Positions 1-13,444 are shown, numbered from the stretch's first letter. The stretch: 64,000 nucleotides of DNA from Isurus oxyrinchus (GCA_026770705.1 JANJGN010000008.1:172174001-172238000), one strand, 5' to 3'. A program made the numbers and translations. The notes: generated by a model from the sequence alone, not told the origin.

Positions 1-799
1 AACCATGTCAAAGGCTATAGACAGTTCGAGTAGGAATAGTTTACCCCAGGTACAATCACATTAGATGACATTTGTGACTTTGATAAGAGCTTTTTGGAAC
101 AAACAAATCTGCATTTATATAGCACCTTTCAGCATGCCCTAAAGCAGGGATTTTCAACCTTTTTACTTAAGGTTTCCCTTCACACATCATATAAATTTCA
201 GACCCCTGATAACACAAGAAAGGTTCTTTTCGGTCTAAAAATTGAACAGTGAAACTTGTGTATTTATTATTTTTGTTTTATTTCATTTGAAACTTGTTGC
301 CGGTACTCAGCAACAATTCTCAGCCAATATTCAAACCTAGCAGCCCTAGTTTCCTTCCCCAATTAAAATGCACATTTTAAAATATTGTCTTCAGCGTTAA
401 CCCTTATGTGATTAAAGTTACATTTTGCAATCTTGTTAAACCTTTACTGATCAGATCTAATTCTGTCCCCTTTCTCTAACCAAGCTCCTCTCACACCTGA
501 CTGCCACCACGAGACAGAGATGGGTAGGAAGCTACATCAGATGACTGACACCCTTATGGCCAGAATATTCACTTTCCTCCATCATGGCTGCATGACAGTC
601 TCCATCTGGTTGAATTCATGTCGAGGTGTAAACTTCTTTGTCTAAATGTTTGAAAACAGTTCACAGAGCAAACTAACTTCAGAATTCACTCAGATAAATG
701 TAGGTATTTCTTCAGGGTAGATAGCAGTTAATTATGGCACAATTTTTTTTTCCTATACATTGTTTGGTTATTTTTGGTAACCCTGAACTATAGCCACTA

Positions 800-1115
800 T
801 TTTTTCTGTGAGCACACATGGCAGCCAATTTACACTCAGCAAAGTCCCACAAACAGCTATAAGATGATGCTATTCTACTGGTGCTGACTGAAGGATGAAT
901 GATGGCCAGGTCACCAGTGGTCGGTCCTTGGTCCTTGAAAACACACTCCAGAAGTTTTTCACCTACCTGATCAGCCATGGTTAGATATTTGATCCAAAAG
1001 ATGACATTTTCAGTAATGCCGCCCTCCTTCAGCCTTAATCTAAGTGCATGTGCTCAAAACTGTAATGAGGCTTGAGCCCATCTCAGCAATTCTACCACTG
1101 AGTCAAGCTGATAGT
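800..1115 (-). mobile_element. Deu-domain-type SINE (SacSINE1/AmnSINE1-like) remnant
   Basis: gcagccaatttacactcagcaaagtcccacaaacagc core; related fragments at 100-140, 22790-22960 and 31280-31440. Family assignment is from memory. Confidence 0.5.
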
Positions 1116-1544
1116 TAGCAATGCAGGTAATATTCTAAATTGTATACTTTAGGCATTTTTCTTGGTAGCTGTGATATGAATTTCACAGAACTGATTTCTT
1201 ATTAAATGTTGTCCCCTAATGGTCAACTTCTCTCTTTTTCCTTCTGATCCCCATAAACACATCCGGTACCTGATGCCTAGGTTTCCAGTTCTCAAGCCTC
1301 TGCCACCATTTTAACTGGTGGCCATTGGGAAAAGCACTTCATAGCCAGTCATAATTTCCCTCCTTGTCACCAGATTCACCTGCACAGATGGCGTAAGGCT
1401 GAGAACTTATTAGGAAGAGAGACATTAAACCCGTCTCCTATCACAATGTGGCAGTGTGTTTGCTACACAAATGTTTACATTCCTCATTACACACCTCATC
1501 ACGTTAAGCTCAAACAATGGCAATGTGTATAAAATATAGAATCA

Positions 1545-2430
1545 GAATGGTTACAGTATAGAAGGTCACCATTCGGCCCATCGTGTCTGTGCATCATCCG
1601 AAGGAGCAATTCACCTTCCCCACTCCTTGCACACTCTTCCTTTTCATATGAGAAACAACTCCCTGTTGAACGTGTCAATAAACCTGCTTTCACATCACTC
1701 TCATGCATGCATTCCAGATCTTAGCCACTCGCTGCATGAAAAAGTTTCTCCTACCTTTGCCATTACTTCTTTTGCCAATTATCTTAAAGCTGTGCCTCTG
1801 GTTCTCGATCCTTCCACCAAGGGGCAGTTTCTCTCTATCTACTCTGCCCAGACCCCTCATGACTTTGAATATCTCTAATCAAATCACCTCTCTGAACCTT
1901 CACTTCTCCGACAAGAAAACTCCTGACCTATCCATTGTATCCACGTAACTGAACTTCCTCACCTCTGGAGCCATTCTCGTGAATCTTCACTGCAATCTCT
2001 CTAATATCCTTCCTTCATATCCTTTCTAAACTGTGGTGCCCAGAACTGGGTTCAATACTCCAGTTGAGCCCATACCAGTGTACTTTATGGGCTTAACATA
2101 TCTTCCTTCCTCTACGCCCTTGTCTGTAAAGCCCAGGATGTCATATGCTTTATTAACTGCACTCTCACCCCATCCTGCCACCTTCAATGATCTATGCATC
2201 GATACACAGATCCCTATGCTCCTGCACCCCCTTTTTCTGTCTCTCCGCTTTCTTCCCACCAAAATGAATCACTTCAAACTTTTGTATTAATCTTCATCTG
2301 CCACTTCTCTGCCGATTGCACCAACCTTTCTATGTCCTTTTGTAGCTCTACACTACCCTCCTCATGGTTCATAATAACTGCATCGCCTGCAAATTTTGAA
2401 TTGTGCCCTGTACACCGAGGTCTAGGTTAT
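1545..2430 (-). mobile_element. Degraded CR1-clade LINE 3' fragment
   Basis: Minus strand shows WQMK, KAYDILGF and QFW remnants and a ggccgaatgg 3' tail at about 1570. Confidence 0.8.
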
Positions 2431-2544
2431 TAATATCCATAAGAACTTGGAATCGTCACTTAGATTTTACCCCCTCCATCTGTTATCATTATCCCTCCAC
2501 TCCAGCTGATGCTCATTTTGCTTCATCTTCCTCCCTGTACACAC

Positions 2545-2742
2545 CTGTATTTTGCACTCTGCCTCCACCAGTTGCAGTTTGGTCTGAGCCAGTTCCAGCT
2601 CCATCTCCCTCAGTTGGTTCTTCAATAACTCTTTTTCTTTATCTTGATATTCATCTGAGGTATCCTTAGAAGAGCTGACAATTTTAAGTGTCCCCTCCTT
2701 GTTAAAGAGTTCTCTGCAGCGATCGCAGCCTTCAACCTTTTG
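2545..2742 (-). CDS. RABGAP1: RABGAP1 probable penultimate coding exon (QKVEGCDRCRELFNKEG...QLREMELELAQTKLQLVEAECKIQ)
   Basis: 198 nt, 66 codons; ttcag acceptor, CAG|GTGTGT donor; CxxC followed by the conserved ELELAQTKLQLVEAECK coiled coil. The final exon was not found in 1-2544. Confidence 0.94.
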
Positions 2743-3011
2743 CTGAATTGAGACAGACAGTAGTTACTACTTCTGTAATAAAGTAATTTCCATTAAGATA
2801 AAATAAAATTCTGATAGAGTCTTTGAGGGAGTTTTCTTTCACCATACCCTAAGACAATAGTTTTATGTCCCATCTTGCTATCACTTTAATATAATATTCT
2901 ACTTAGTAAGTTATAACCACATAATATTTAATGAGTTACTAATGCCCCATTAGCCACTAAAATGAACACAGCAATGTATGAGAATAAAAGCTATCTGAAT
3001 AATAGAACATT

Positions 3012-3578
3012 CCCTAATGCATGGCAGATGCAGTATAACGTGGATAAATGTGAGGTGATCCATTTTGGTAGCAAAAACATGAAGGCAGATTATCTGAATG
3101 GCTATAAATTGAGAGAGGGGAATGTGCAACGAGATCTGGGTGTCCTCGTACACCAGTCACTGAAGGTAAGCCTGCAGGTGCAGCAAGTGGTAAAGAAGGC
3201 AAACAGTATGTTGGCCTTCATAGCCAGAGGATTCGAGTACAGAAATAGGGGTATCTTGCTCCAATTATACAGGGCCTTGGTGAGACCACACCTGAAATAC
3301 TGTGTGCAGTTTTGGTCTCCTTATCTGAGGAAGGATGTACTTGCTATAGAAGGAGTGCAGCGAAGTTTACCCGACTGATTCCTGGGATGACAGGACTGAC
3401 ATATGAGGAGAGATTGAGTTGATTAGGATTATATTCGCTGGGGTCCAGAAGAATGAGGGGGGATCTCATAGAAACCTATAAAATTCTAACAGGACTAGAC
3501 AGGGTAGATGCAGGAAGGATGTTCCTGATGGTGGGAGAGTCCAGAACCAAGGGTCACAGTCTGAGGGTATGGGGTAGC
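3012..3578 (+). mobile_element. CR1-clade LINE fragment (RT C-terminus)
   Basis: ORF 2962..3378 WQMQYNVDKCEVIHFG..QRDLGVLVH..LVRPHLKYCVQFWSP. Confidence 0.92.
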
Positions 3579-4683
3579 ACAGGCACAGAAATCCAATGAT
3601 GTCGCTCCACCAGAAAGTGCCCCCCCACCGTTAACAGGTAAGTTTGAGGCTCTTAAGTGAACTTCACTCCAGGACAGATGGCCCTGATGGAAGGCCCAGA
3701 GGTGGAGGGAGGCAGAAGCTTCTTCACAAAGATGATGAACATTCCAATACTCTGGCCTTCGTTTCCCTAGGTAAGACTGGCGCTATTTTGCTCCTTTTTT
3801 ATTTATGGCCACTGCCTACTCTGTTGTTTGTAATGACAAAGTAAAACACTAGCACTGTGCAGCCAGTTTCCAAATGCATTCTGGAAAGAGCTATACAGCC
3901 CTCCACAAGAGAGATTAATCAGCTTTGTAACCTTAACCAATAATCACGAAATAGAAGAAAGATCTTGTTGTTTCATCTCTTTCACTTCTGTATGTGGATT
4001 CTTAGCTAACGTGTTGCATTACACCTATTCTGCTCAATTATATCCCTAATTTTATAGATAAAACAAGAAGCATAATTGAGGTTTAACCAATTATAAAGGT
4101 GAAAGTCTACACAGAGCACAGGTAATTAAAGTTATATTTTTAGGTCTTAAATATTAACATGATCAGATAACTTCCATCGTTTGTAAGAATTTAAATACGT
4201 AGCCATACTAATTTAAATTAGCTTTACTGACAACACTACATTCATGAATTTTATTTTAAATCTTGGGCCCAACTTATATTTTTCTTCTCTTTCTCATTTC
4301 AAAGTTCCTCATTACTCATACCCATGGGCACCGGCCAATGTTGCTGCAGATCCAGGCACAAAGAGGCCCTTAAAATTACAGCCATTGTCAAATTCTCCTG
4401 TCTCAGAGTGGAAAGCATTTGGCTTTCATCGAGCACCTCTCCCTGATGGCACAGCTTAAATCAGCTCACTATAAATAACTACAGTTGCAGATCTATGTAA
4501 TACCACTTCATACTATTGATCTCCAATGCACTGTGCCACAAACTATTTCTCTTAAATCTAAAAAAAATTGCAAATTTGGATCTTTTTGTTTCCCCATCAT
4601 TGAAACAAAATCAATCTAAGAATATTTATCTATTTATTTACCAGGAATTAATTTACACTTGGCTACACTGGGCAGAGACTCAC

Positions 4684-4755
4684 CCGAATTTGTTCCAACT
4701 CAGCTTTGTTTCCCGACTGTTGCCTTTCCAACCTCTCACTCAATTGAGAGCAGAT
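4684..4755 (-). CDS. RABGAP1: RABGAP1 internal exon (ICSQLSERLERQQSGNKAELEQIR)
   Basis: 72 nt; ttttttatag acceptor, CGG|GTGAGT donor. Confidence 0.94.
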
Positions 4756-5719
4756 CTATAAAAAAGGATATTAAAGGCTCAGGGAGACAAACTATAACTT
4801 TCCCATCATTGTGTACGGTGTATTACACTCAAGATTAAAATCCATTGTCTAACAATCTGCACCAGATGCTAGTTAATAAAAGAAAATTATCTTGAAAGAC
4901 TACTTTATATAAATACTAGGCATTCATGGTCAGTTGATAAATTTAAATTTAAATCTTAATATTCAAGATGACTGAACTGAGACCCATAGAAAACATGTTG
5001 CTCAGCACCTTTTAGTGACCAGAACCTGCAACTACATTGTAAAAGTTAACCGAGGAAAATTGAAAGAAAATTTCATTTAGCAATTTCCAATGATAAATTC
5101 TGGTAGAAGGAGTGCAACCAAAAATCAATCAGTGTGAAGATTTGGAGGTCGGAAGTGGTTTTTAATATATAGATGATTTTGTTCATCAATTCAATGGTTG
5201 TGAGGCTGAAAAAGGTTAAAATATATGGAAGATGTATTTTACAGCTTCATGCATCAGCTCATATCCCTTAGTTTTAAACCACATCAATATTTGGCTTGAT
5301 CCATAAAAAGCTTAAAGTAGAAAGCAAAACAAAATAAAACAATTCCGCACTCCCAGAGGAACAAAACATCCTATTTTACAGGCAAATTACAACAGAGATT
5401 GAATCCAATGAAAAGCAAATTAATATCAATAGTTTGAATCTGTACAGATTTGGATCAAAGAATGCCTGAGAGTAACAGATTAGATCCTAAATTGCAACAG
5501 TATGTTCCAATGTACTAACATTAGGAGCCTTTCATGCAAGTATAGTGTAAATTTTAAAAAATACATACATAAATTAAGTAAAGTCTATGAAAATATGGGG
5601 CTGATACCTCAAGGAGTTTCTTACCAGAAGCATCCGAGAGTTGCAAAGAAAAGCCATTTGCCACTAATCCATCTGCTTTAGTTGAGCAGTTTTCATGATA
5701 ATTTTAAGGAAAGTCTTCT

Positions 5720-6055
5720 CAGGATGGGAGTGACAGTGGCAAGCTCGCATTTATTGTCTATCCTTATCTGTCCTGAGGTGGTGGTGCGTTGTCTGCCTGA
5801 AAGCACCTGTTTGCACAAAGAGTGCCTTACTAGGCCACTTCAGAGGATATCAAGTGGAACTGCAGTCAGGTGTAGACCAGTACAGGTAGGGGCAGCAAGG
5901 CCAGTGGGGAATCATTGGATTTTTACAATTATCCAGCAGCTTTCATGGTCGCTTTTATGATGCTTGTACACAAAGTACCAGAGTGATTGAATGGGACAGT
6001 GGTAGGATTTAAACGTATGACCCCTGGATTGAAAGTCTAATTTTACACCACTACA
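5720..6055 (-). mobile_element. Degraded tRNA-derived SINE related to 38225/60430
   Basis: Minus-strand head gtagtggtgtaaaattagactttcaatccag..gtttaaatcctacc and tail gataaggatagacaataaatgc. Confidence 0.55.
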
Positions 6056-6549
6056 TTGTCAGATCCATTTAAAATGGCACACCATCCCATTGATGGAGGG
6101 GCCAAATACAGCACAAATGGCAGAACTGGTTTTCCAATAAATCACAGGAGGAGGTTATCAGGCAGCGCCATGTCCGACATCCCAGATGAAGAGCAGTGAA
6201 TGAAAAAGCAGCAGCATTTGAGAGAAATTGTGGAAAAAAACTTCTAAATTGATTCTCCACCTGAAATAGTAACCTCTCTTTTATTCCTGATTCCAAAAGA
6301 CCTGCTGCACAGTTCCAGCATTTTGTTTGTATTTCAAATTTCCAGTATTCACAGACCTGATATTTCAAAAAGGACATTTTCATGGACGTTGCATGGTTTC
6401 TTTCAGACTGTGCTCTGCATCTTCATATGTTCATTGGTTTCTAATCAACACCTCTCAACAAGCAACAATCATCTATTTCCACAGACAAAAGTAACCTTTT
6501 CAATATTCAATCAAAGAATAACTGCAGTAAATCCTTGAGTTTTACAGAC

Positions 6550-6633
6550 CTGCTTGTAATCACCGATGATTGAGCTGTTTTTCTTGATTTCTGATTCTGC
6601 TTTGTCTAGTTCTCTCCGGCACATCTCCTTCAG
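6550..6633 (-). CDS. RABGAP1: RABGAP1 internal exon (LKEMCRRELDKAESEIKKNSSIIGDYKQ)
   Basis: 84 nt; tttcatag acceptor, CAG|GTCTGT donor. Confidence 0.95.
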
Positions 6634-7589
6634 CTATGAAAGGTAGAACCATGGATAGAATTGAAAACCAAGACAACTGATGCTGCTCTTGTAGAATACT
6701 CGGTTAACAATACTAATGGGCAAGAGAAAATCGACATTATGCAACTTGCTGTTACTGTGTAAAGTGGAACATCTTTACAATGGTATGAGTTACTGAAACT
6801 TTTAACAACTTTTAAAAATGTAGCCAACTGATTGAATCAAAAGCTGCAACTACCCAAGGAGCACTAGGCTGTTGTGTTATGGATTTTGATTGCAAGTTTT
6901 ACAGAAAACTATCAAAATGGGTTGAAAAATTTAAAACTAATAGGTGTAATGTTTTCAAATATATCAAAATTGATAAATCTAATCAACGTTTATAAAATGT
7001 TTCATTCAAGAAACAAGATCAAACAGACTAAAAATTTGTGCAAAGTTACCTAATGACATGAGCTTCCCAATGTGCACATTACTGAGCATCAGGGAAGATG
7101 CTACACAAAACGAATATTAGTAGTCTTATCTGTGTCTTCCCCCTTGATTTTTTTTCCTGATAGTTGCAAATCATTTTAGGTCGGCTATGGTTCCACGGAG
7201 GGATGGCTCTGTGATAAGGTTTCAAAGTATTCTTCATATCAATCTGGTCAGTATGTGCTAATTGACAATTGAAAAGACCGCAATTGCCGAGAACAAAACA
7301 TGTTTTCATATCACCCAACGTGGGATGCTTGGTACTGATCAAGAGGAAGCACTGTGCACTACTTTCCAACTCTAATCCGGAAATGCTGAAACCAATTTAA
7401 CAATCCCTTGCTAACAACTACCTTGGATACAATCAGTTACTCAAGGCTGTAAAGCCTTAGAAGTTTTGTCCTGCATGTGTTGATGCATTTACCCATGAAG
7501 CCATCATTGCATGTCTCACCAGCAGTTTAAACCATAAAACATTTGAACAAGTGAAGAATAAGACATGTAGAATTATATAGTTCAATTAC

Positions 7590-7694
7590 TTGAGTGGCTT
7601 CATTTTCCAATCTCTTCTTTTCGTCTTCTGCATCGACTAACTTTTGCTTGGTCATGAGTAGCTCTTTATTTAATGCATCTGCTTTCTCCTCTGC
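7590..7694 (-). CDS. RABGAP1: RABGAP1 internal exon, coiled coil (AEEKADALNKELLMTKQKLVDAEDEKKRLENEATQ)
   Basis: 105 nt; tttttttctacag acceptor, CAA|GTAATT donor. Confidence 0.96.
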
Positions 7695-8324
7695 CTGTAG
7701 AAAAAAAGTAAACAAATCTACGTTAATTTAATTTTCAAGATATAGTCATGCTGTTTAAATATTTAATCCAAACAAGTTATTTATAATTTTTGATTCCATT
7801 AGTCAGGGTTTTCTTTCATTTCCAAGAGTTATGAAAATAACTCCTCTACACGTTACATTTTATCTAAACTGCGAAATTAAACTTTACTATCATAATGCAT
7901 TATTTCTAGAAGTTACAATGTCAAATTTGATTTGGTGTTGAATATCTGTTCCAAAATGTAAACAAACAGGCCATTAAGGATATTTCTGAAAAAGCAAGAA
8001 ATAAATTGTAACTCAAAAATAAACAGCATTTAATGTAATTTAGCTTTGTTGCCAGTACAGTTTATTGGAAAGCTTTTATCATGGCATTAAATATTGTTCA
8101 GTGACTGAAGCTGCATTCATTCACTGCACATGCAACTTTTAAGGTTAAATTATCCATTCAGCCACATCTATCTTTCATGTTCTTCATTCATATAATGGAG
8201 CACAGCTGTAAAATGTTATTTACTGCACGTAAAGAAAACCAGTTCTGCAAATTAAGTTACAGATATAAACCACCCTGAGGTTATTTTGCTCATGTATGTG
8301 TAGGTTGATATCAAAATATGGTTA

Positions 8325-8762
8325 ACAAGAAAAGTAGGCCATTCAGCACCTCATGACTGTTCCACCATTCAATTAGATCATAGCTTATCTATAACTTAAT
8401 TCTGCTCACCTTGGTTCCATGATCCTTATTACCAGTGCCTAACAATAATCTATCAATCTTAGTTTTAAAATTTTCAAATTACCTGTTTCAATGTGTTTCT
8501 AGGGTACAGAGTTCAAGATATGTATTACCCTTTGCTTGAAGAAGTGCTTTCTGATTCACTCCTTTCAAGGTTCTCCACTCCACCACCCCCCAACCCCCGT
8601 TCTGGATTTTCCCACCAGAGGAAATGATGTAGAAAGAGAAAAACTATCAAATAGTTTAATTATCTTAAACACCTCAACTAGATCAGCCTTTAATCTTTTA
8701 TATTCAAGGGAACAGAAGCCTGATTTCTGCAACCTGTCTTCATAATTTAATCATTTTAGCCC
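8325..8762 (-). mobile_element. Degraded CR1 LINE 3' end
   Basis: gtaggccattcagc..ccaccattcaattagatcatagct tail and CR1-like coding remnants. Confidence 0.7.
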
Positions 8763-9214
8763 CAGTGAACAGTGCATATTACTGAAGACCAGGAAACATG
8801 CACAACAAAACGTTTATTTAAAAGGTTAAATCTAACCAGTAGTCTCATCTGTATATCCCCCCTGGTTTCCTTTCATGAAGGTTGCAACACATATTAGGGT
8901 ATGGTTTCAAGTTTTATTGCCTATCCCTCCTTCTGTGCTGTAAAAGACGATAACTCTTAAGCTTTCTCATTTTAAATCAAATAGCTAAGCTATATGAACA
9001 TATTTACCAAGATGACGTGTGTGGCTTTTCAGGGTAATTACTTCCTGGAACTGAATAATCAAGTTCTTAAACAGGAAGCCAAAAAGTCCTTTTGATATGT
9101 TTTCTTACCTTCAACAGACTTAGTGTGTTTCAGCTGGTGCCCTACCACTTCAATAAACATTCAATGCAAATAAGTGAAAAGAGAAGGAAAAACAATGGGA
9201 ACCTATCCCTTATT

Positions 9215-10345
9215 AGATAGGAACAAGAGTAGGCCATTTAGCCCCTTGAACCTGTTCTGCCATTTTGAGAGATCTTGGCTGATCTGTGACCTAACTCCAT
9301 ATGCTTTTCCCATATCCATTAATACCTAGGATTAACAAAGATCTATCAATCTCAGATTTAAAATTAATAGTTGATGTAGCATCAATTTGCTGTTTGCAGA
9401 AGAGTTCCAAGTGTCTACCACCCTCTTGTGTACAGCGTTCCCTAACTTCACTCCAGGAAGTCTAAAAATTAGAGCCAGTTCCCCTAACACCTCAACTCCC
9501 TAACCAATCTATCTGCCCTAATTTTTCCTTGATATCTTGAAAACTTTGATCAAATCATCCCTTAATTTCCTAAATTCCAGGGAATACACCCTGGTTTGTG
9601 TAATTTCTCCTCATAAAACAAACCTTTAGAGCCCAAGTTATCATTCTGGTAAATCTATGCTGCACTCCGTCAAGGACCAATATATCCTTCCTAAGGTGTA
9701 GTCCCCAGAGCTGCTCTCAGTATTCCAAGTGCGTTTTAACCAGGAATTTGTATAACTTGTGTTCATAATTCTTAACTGATGCATGACTTCTACCCCCTTG
9801 CAGTCTAATCCTCTAGGTATAAAGGCCAGCATTTCATTAGCCTTTTTGACTATTTTTGTGTCTGCTCAAGATACTTTAATACATGTATGTACCTGGAACT
9901 TCACCTGTTCTAGCTTTTCACCATTCAAAAAGTTCCCTGTTCTATTGTTTTTTAGGTTCAAAGTGGATGACCTCACATTTACATCCATTAAAATTGATTT
10001 GGCAGATCAAATGAATGGGCAAAACTCTATCAACATGTCTGCATAATTTTATTCTTCCTTTTACATTGCTTACAAAGTTACCTATTTTTATGTCATTAGC
10101 AAATTTGAATGTGGCTTTTTATTCCATCATTCAAATCACTGATCAATAAGGAAATAGCTGAGGCCACAGTACAGGTCTTTATTAGACACCACTACTTGCA
10201 TCCTTCCAATTAACATACCTGTCCACTATCGCTTCTCTATCTCATTCCACTCAAGCAATTTCCTAACCAGGTCAATAAGTTGTCTTCAATTCCATGAAAT
10301 TAATCTTCAGTTCACCATCTGTTATGAGGGAATTTACAGAAGTGC
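9215..10345 (-). mobile_element. Degraded CR1 LINE 3' fragment
   Basis: MLAFIPRGLDCK remnant (ORF 9641..9832) and CR1 tail at about 9220-9300. Confidence 0.8.
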
Positions 10346-10939
10346 TTTCCCTTCTTTAGCTAAATGAGCAATATTACTGGAAGCTTATTTCCTCTTAAAA
10401 TTTCCATTTTCATAATTCACTGGCCAGTTCAAGCACTTCTTGCTTCAGAAGAAAGCATGGCAACACTAGAAGATCTTAAGAAAAAGGTGGTAGTGATTTA
10501 GACAAATGAGCCTATTGTGAAAGCTGTTGCTTCTTATTCAACTACTGTTTTGTAAAATTTATGACAACCTTCTATCCAATGATAATAGGGAACTGCTGCG
10601 ATCTATTGTGAGATCTAACTATAATACATCTAAACTTCCTGTGTTCGAATCTGAGCTAAGGTGAATGAGAAGCGCCTCTTAAAAAAAGACTACTTGAAGC
10701 TAGAGAGCAGATTTTCTTTGTTATCCAGGCTACTTTTCAACAGCCTCATGCACTATTGACAAAATTGGGAATGACTGCAAAATAGAGTTTAAGTAATGCC
10801 AAGTTACTGGGTCAGCTCTGTCTTACAACTGCACAGGAAATGCTATCAACTTTGTTTTACTTGCACAAATTATAATAGCTGCAGATTCAAATCTTCTAAG
10901 ATCACAGGATTTTAATTGCTGTTTGTGTAATAAGATGCA

Positions 10940-11250
10940 TTGCAGAAATTCACCAAGGCTCCTTTGACAGCACCTTCCAAACCCATGATCACTACTATCT
11001 AGAAGGACAAGGGCAGCAGATACATGGGGACACCACCTGGAATTTCCCCTCCAAGTCATTCACCATCCTGACTTGGAAATATATCGCCGTTTCTTCACTG
11101 TCACAAAATCCTGGAACACTGTGGGTGTACCTACACCACATGGACTGCAGCAGATCAAGAAGGCAGCTCACCACCACCTTCTCAAGGGCAACTAGGGATG
11201 GGCAATAAATGCTGGCCCAGCCAGCGAAGCTCACATCTTGTAAATGATTA
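10940..11250 (+). mobile_element. LINE 3' end whose tail is shared with local tRNA-derived SINEs
   Basis: Ends ctcaagggcaactagggatgggcaataaatgctggcc..cacatc. The same tail occurs in the SINEs at 38225 and 60430 and in fragments at 30740 and 32300. Confidence 0.65.
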
Positions 11251-11379
11251 GGGAGTCAGTAACTGGAGGACATTAGGTTCAAAGGTAACATTCTAAATAA
11301 AGTTTCATTTGAAATAAGAAAGCAAAACCTTAGTGAATTGCCATCATTGATATGAACTTATGTTGAAATCTAATGATCA

Positions 11380-11690
11380 GTCTTGAACATACTCAACGAC
11401 TGAACCTCCACAGTCCTCTGGGGCAGAGAATTCTAAAGATTCATCACCCATTTGAGTGAAGAAATTCCTCCTCATCTCAGTCCTAAATGGCCTGCCCCTT
11501 ATTCTGAGACTGTGTCCCCACCCCTTGTTTTAGACCCCCTCCAGGGGAATCATCCTTCCTGCATCTCCCTTGTTGAGCCCTGTAAGAATTTTGTATTTGA
11601 ATGAGGTCACCTCTCATTCTTCTAAACTCCAGGCAATAAAGGCTCAGTCTATTTAATCTTTCCTCATAGGAAAGCTTTTGAATTATCCTG
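11380..11690 (-). mobile_element. CR1 LINE fragment
   Basis: LSYEERLNRLSLYCLEFRRMRGDLI in ORF 11483..11749. Confidence 0.85.
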
Positions 11691-12330
11691 ATTAACATCC
11701 AATTGGTGTAACAGATATTGGAGGTGACAGATTGGAATACTGAAGGCAAAGGTGACCTCAGTGCTCACAGTACAACATGGGAGATAAATGTTTATCTGTT
11801 GCAGGGAAAAATTTGATTTTTTTATCTCAGCACTCTGCCTACCCTTTTAATGGTCTGCTGCGCTCTATAGATTATGGAAATACAGTAAGAAAATCAAATG
11901 ATTAACTTAGACAAAAAATAAAACAAATGCTAATGTTTCATAAATTGAGCGTTTGTCTGTGGAACAGTAAAATCAAGCTGGAGATAAGCAGTAAAATGCT
12001 TAAATGTATAGATGCGAATACTGTAGTAATAATGGCTTAAATTATGATACAAGCACACGTTGATAGCTATTTGGACATGAGATTAATTAACGAGAGGATT
12101 CTTGAACCAACATAAGAGGAAGGATTTGAGGCCGATTGTGGTTTAAAAAAAACGAAGTGGACATATTACTTGTGTGTGAAAAGTTTTTGCCGCCTGGAAA
12201 AAATTGATAGCAATAAATTAAAAGGAGGGCAAAGAAGAACGTGGCTAGTTGATGCAAAAGAACGGGCAAATGTTAATGCTGGGAGGCAATCTACCAATGA
12301 CCAGACTGGGTAGTATGCAGTGGATAGGTT

Positions 12331-12336
12331 TATATA

Positions 12337-12404
<68 letters not shown>
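12331..12404. repeat. Compound microsatellite (TA)n(AC)23(AT)n
   Basis: Directly visible. Confidence 0.95.
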
Positions 12405-12774
12405 GCGCTTGTTATCTGAGAATGATTTTTGATATTTTACAAGAGCAAGTTGGATATGTAAATAAGGGAGAAAGGATTAGAAGGATTTGGTGAAATGAAG
12501 TAAGGTGGGAGGATTGTTGTGCAGCATAAACACTGGCATACATGCACTGGGCCAAATGGCCTGTTTCTGTTCTCTAAACTAATATGTAATAAAATAAATT
12601 AGCTCTAATTTATTTTAACACAATCCCATTATCCTTACTCAAAAGCTTCCAACTGTAATAAATTTCCATTGTGTAAAGATTGAACTCGTGCTGCTTTCTT
12701 TTCATTTTGGATTCCTTTGGGAGTGGGGGAAGAAATAGGAAATTTCCCTTCAATTTTATCCAAGGTATTTCACA

Positions 12775-13444
12775 GGTATTGCTGAAAAAAAGAGGCATGT
12801 CTAAGCTTTGCCTCTTACACTCATCAGGACACACAAGAATACCAACATGAGGGGGAAAACAACAAATTATACTGTAAGTGAAAGTGATGATTAGTTGGCA
12901 GGTGACGTTGCCATGGAGAATGCACCACAATGCTGACTGACAGTTAACTGCCAAGCATTGTCTGAAATTTAAACCAGGCAGTTTGACTGATTGGTCAAGG
13001 CATTGCCATGAGAAATGAGTCAGCGAATGGCTGTCACTGTGCCTGTTTCAGCTAAACAAAATAAATGTGGCACATCTGCATGTCCTGGAAGCTACATATA
13101 TTAATACACAGGGCCCTGTTCTTTGCAGACAGAAAGAACATGTATATACATGATGCCTGTTTCAGCTAAACAAAATAAGTGCCAGCCATTCACTGACTCA
13201 TTCCTCAGGGCAATGCCTTGACCAATCAGGGTCAAGCTGTGTGGTTTAAATTTCAAACAATGCTTGGCAGTTAACTGTCAGTCACCATCATAGTGCATTC
13301 TCCATGGCAACATCACTTGCCAACCAATCAGCACTCTCTTCACAGTGTAAATTTTTGTTTTCCCCCCTATATTGATATTCTTGAGAGTATCCTGGTGAGT
13401 GCAAGATGAAAAGCTTAGACGTATCTCTTTTTTTCAGCAATACC
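12775..13444. mobile_element. Older Penelope-like inverted element (~265-bp diverged inverted arms) with degenerate hammerhead motifs
   Basis: Arms 12775-13038 and 13178-13444 are diverged reverse complements. The minus strand at 12799-12830 reads GTC-CTGATGA-GTGTAAGAG-GCAAAGCTTA-GAC. A 25-bp direct repeat lies in the spacer. Confidence 0.7.

Noticed and set aside
1-30. Minus-strand ACATGGTT (T-W-F/L) as the RABGAP1 terminal exon (KKTWFNR)
   Set aside because: The upstream codons read L-stop-P-L, not KK; the last exon is outside the window.
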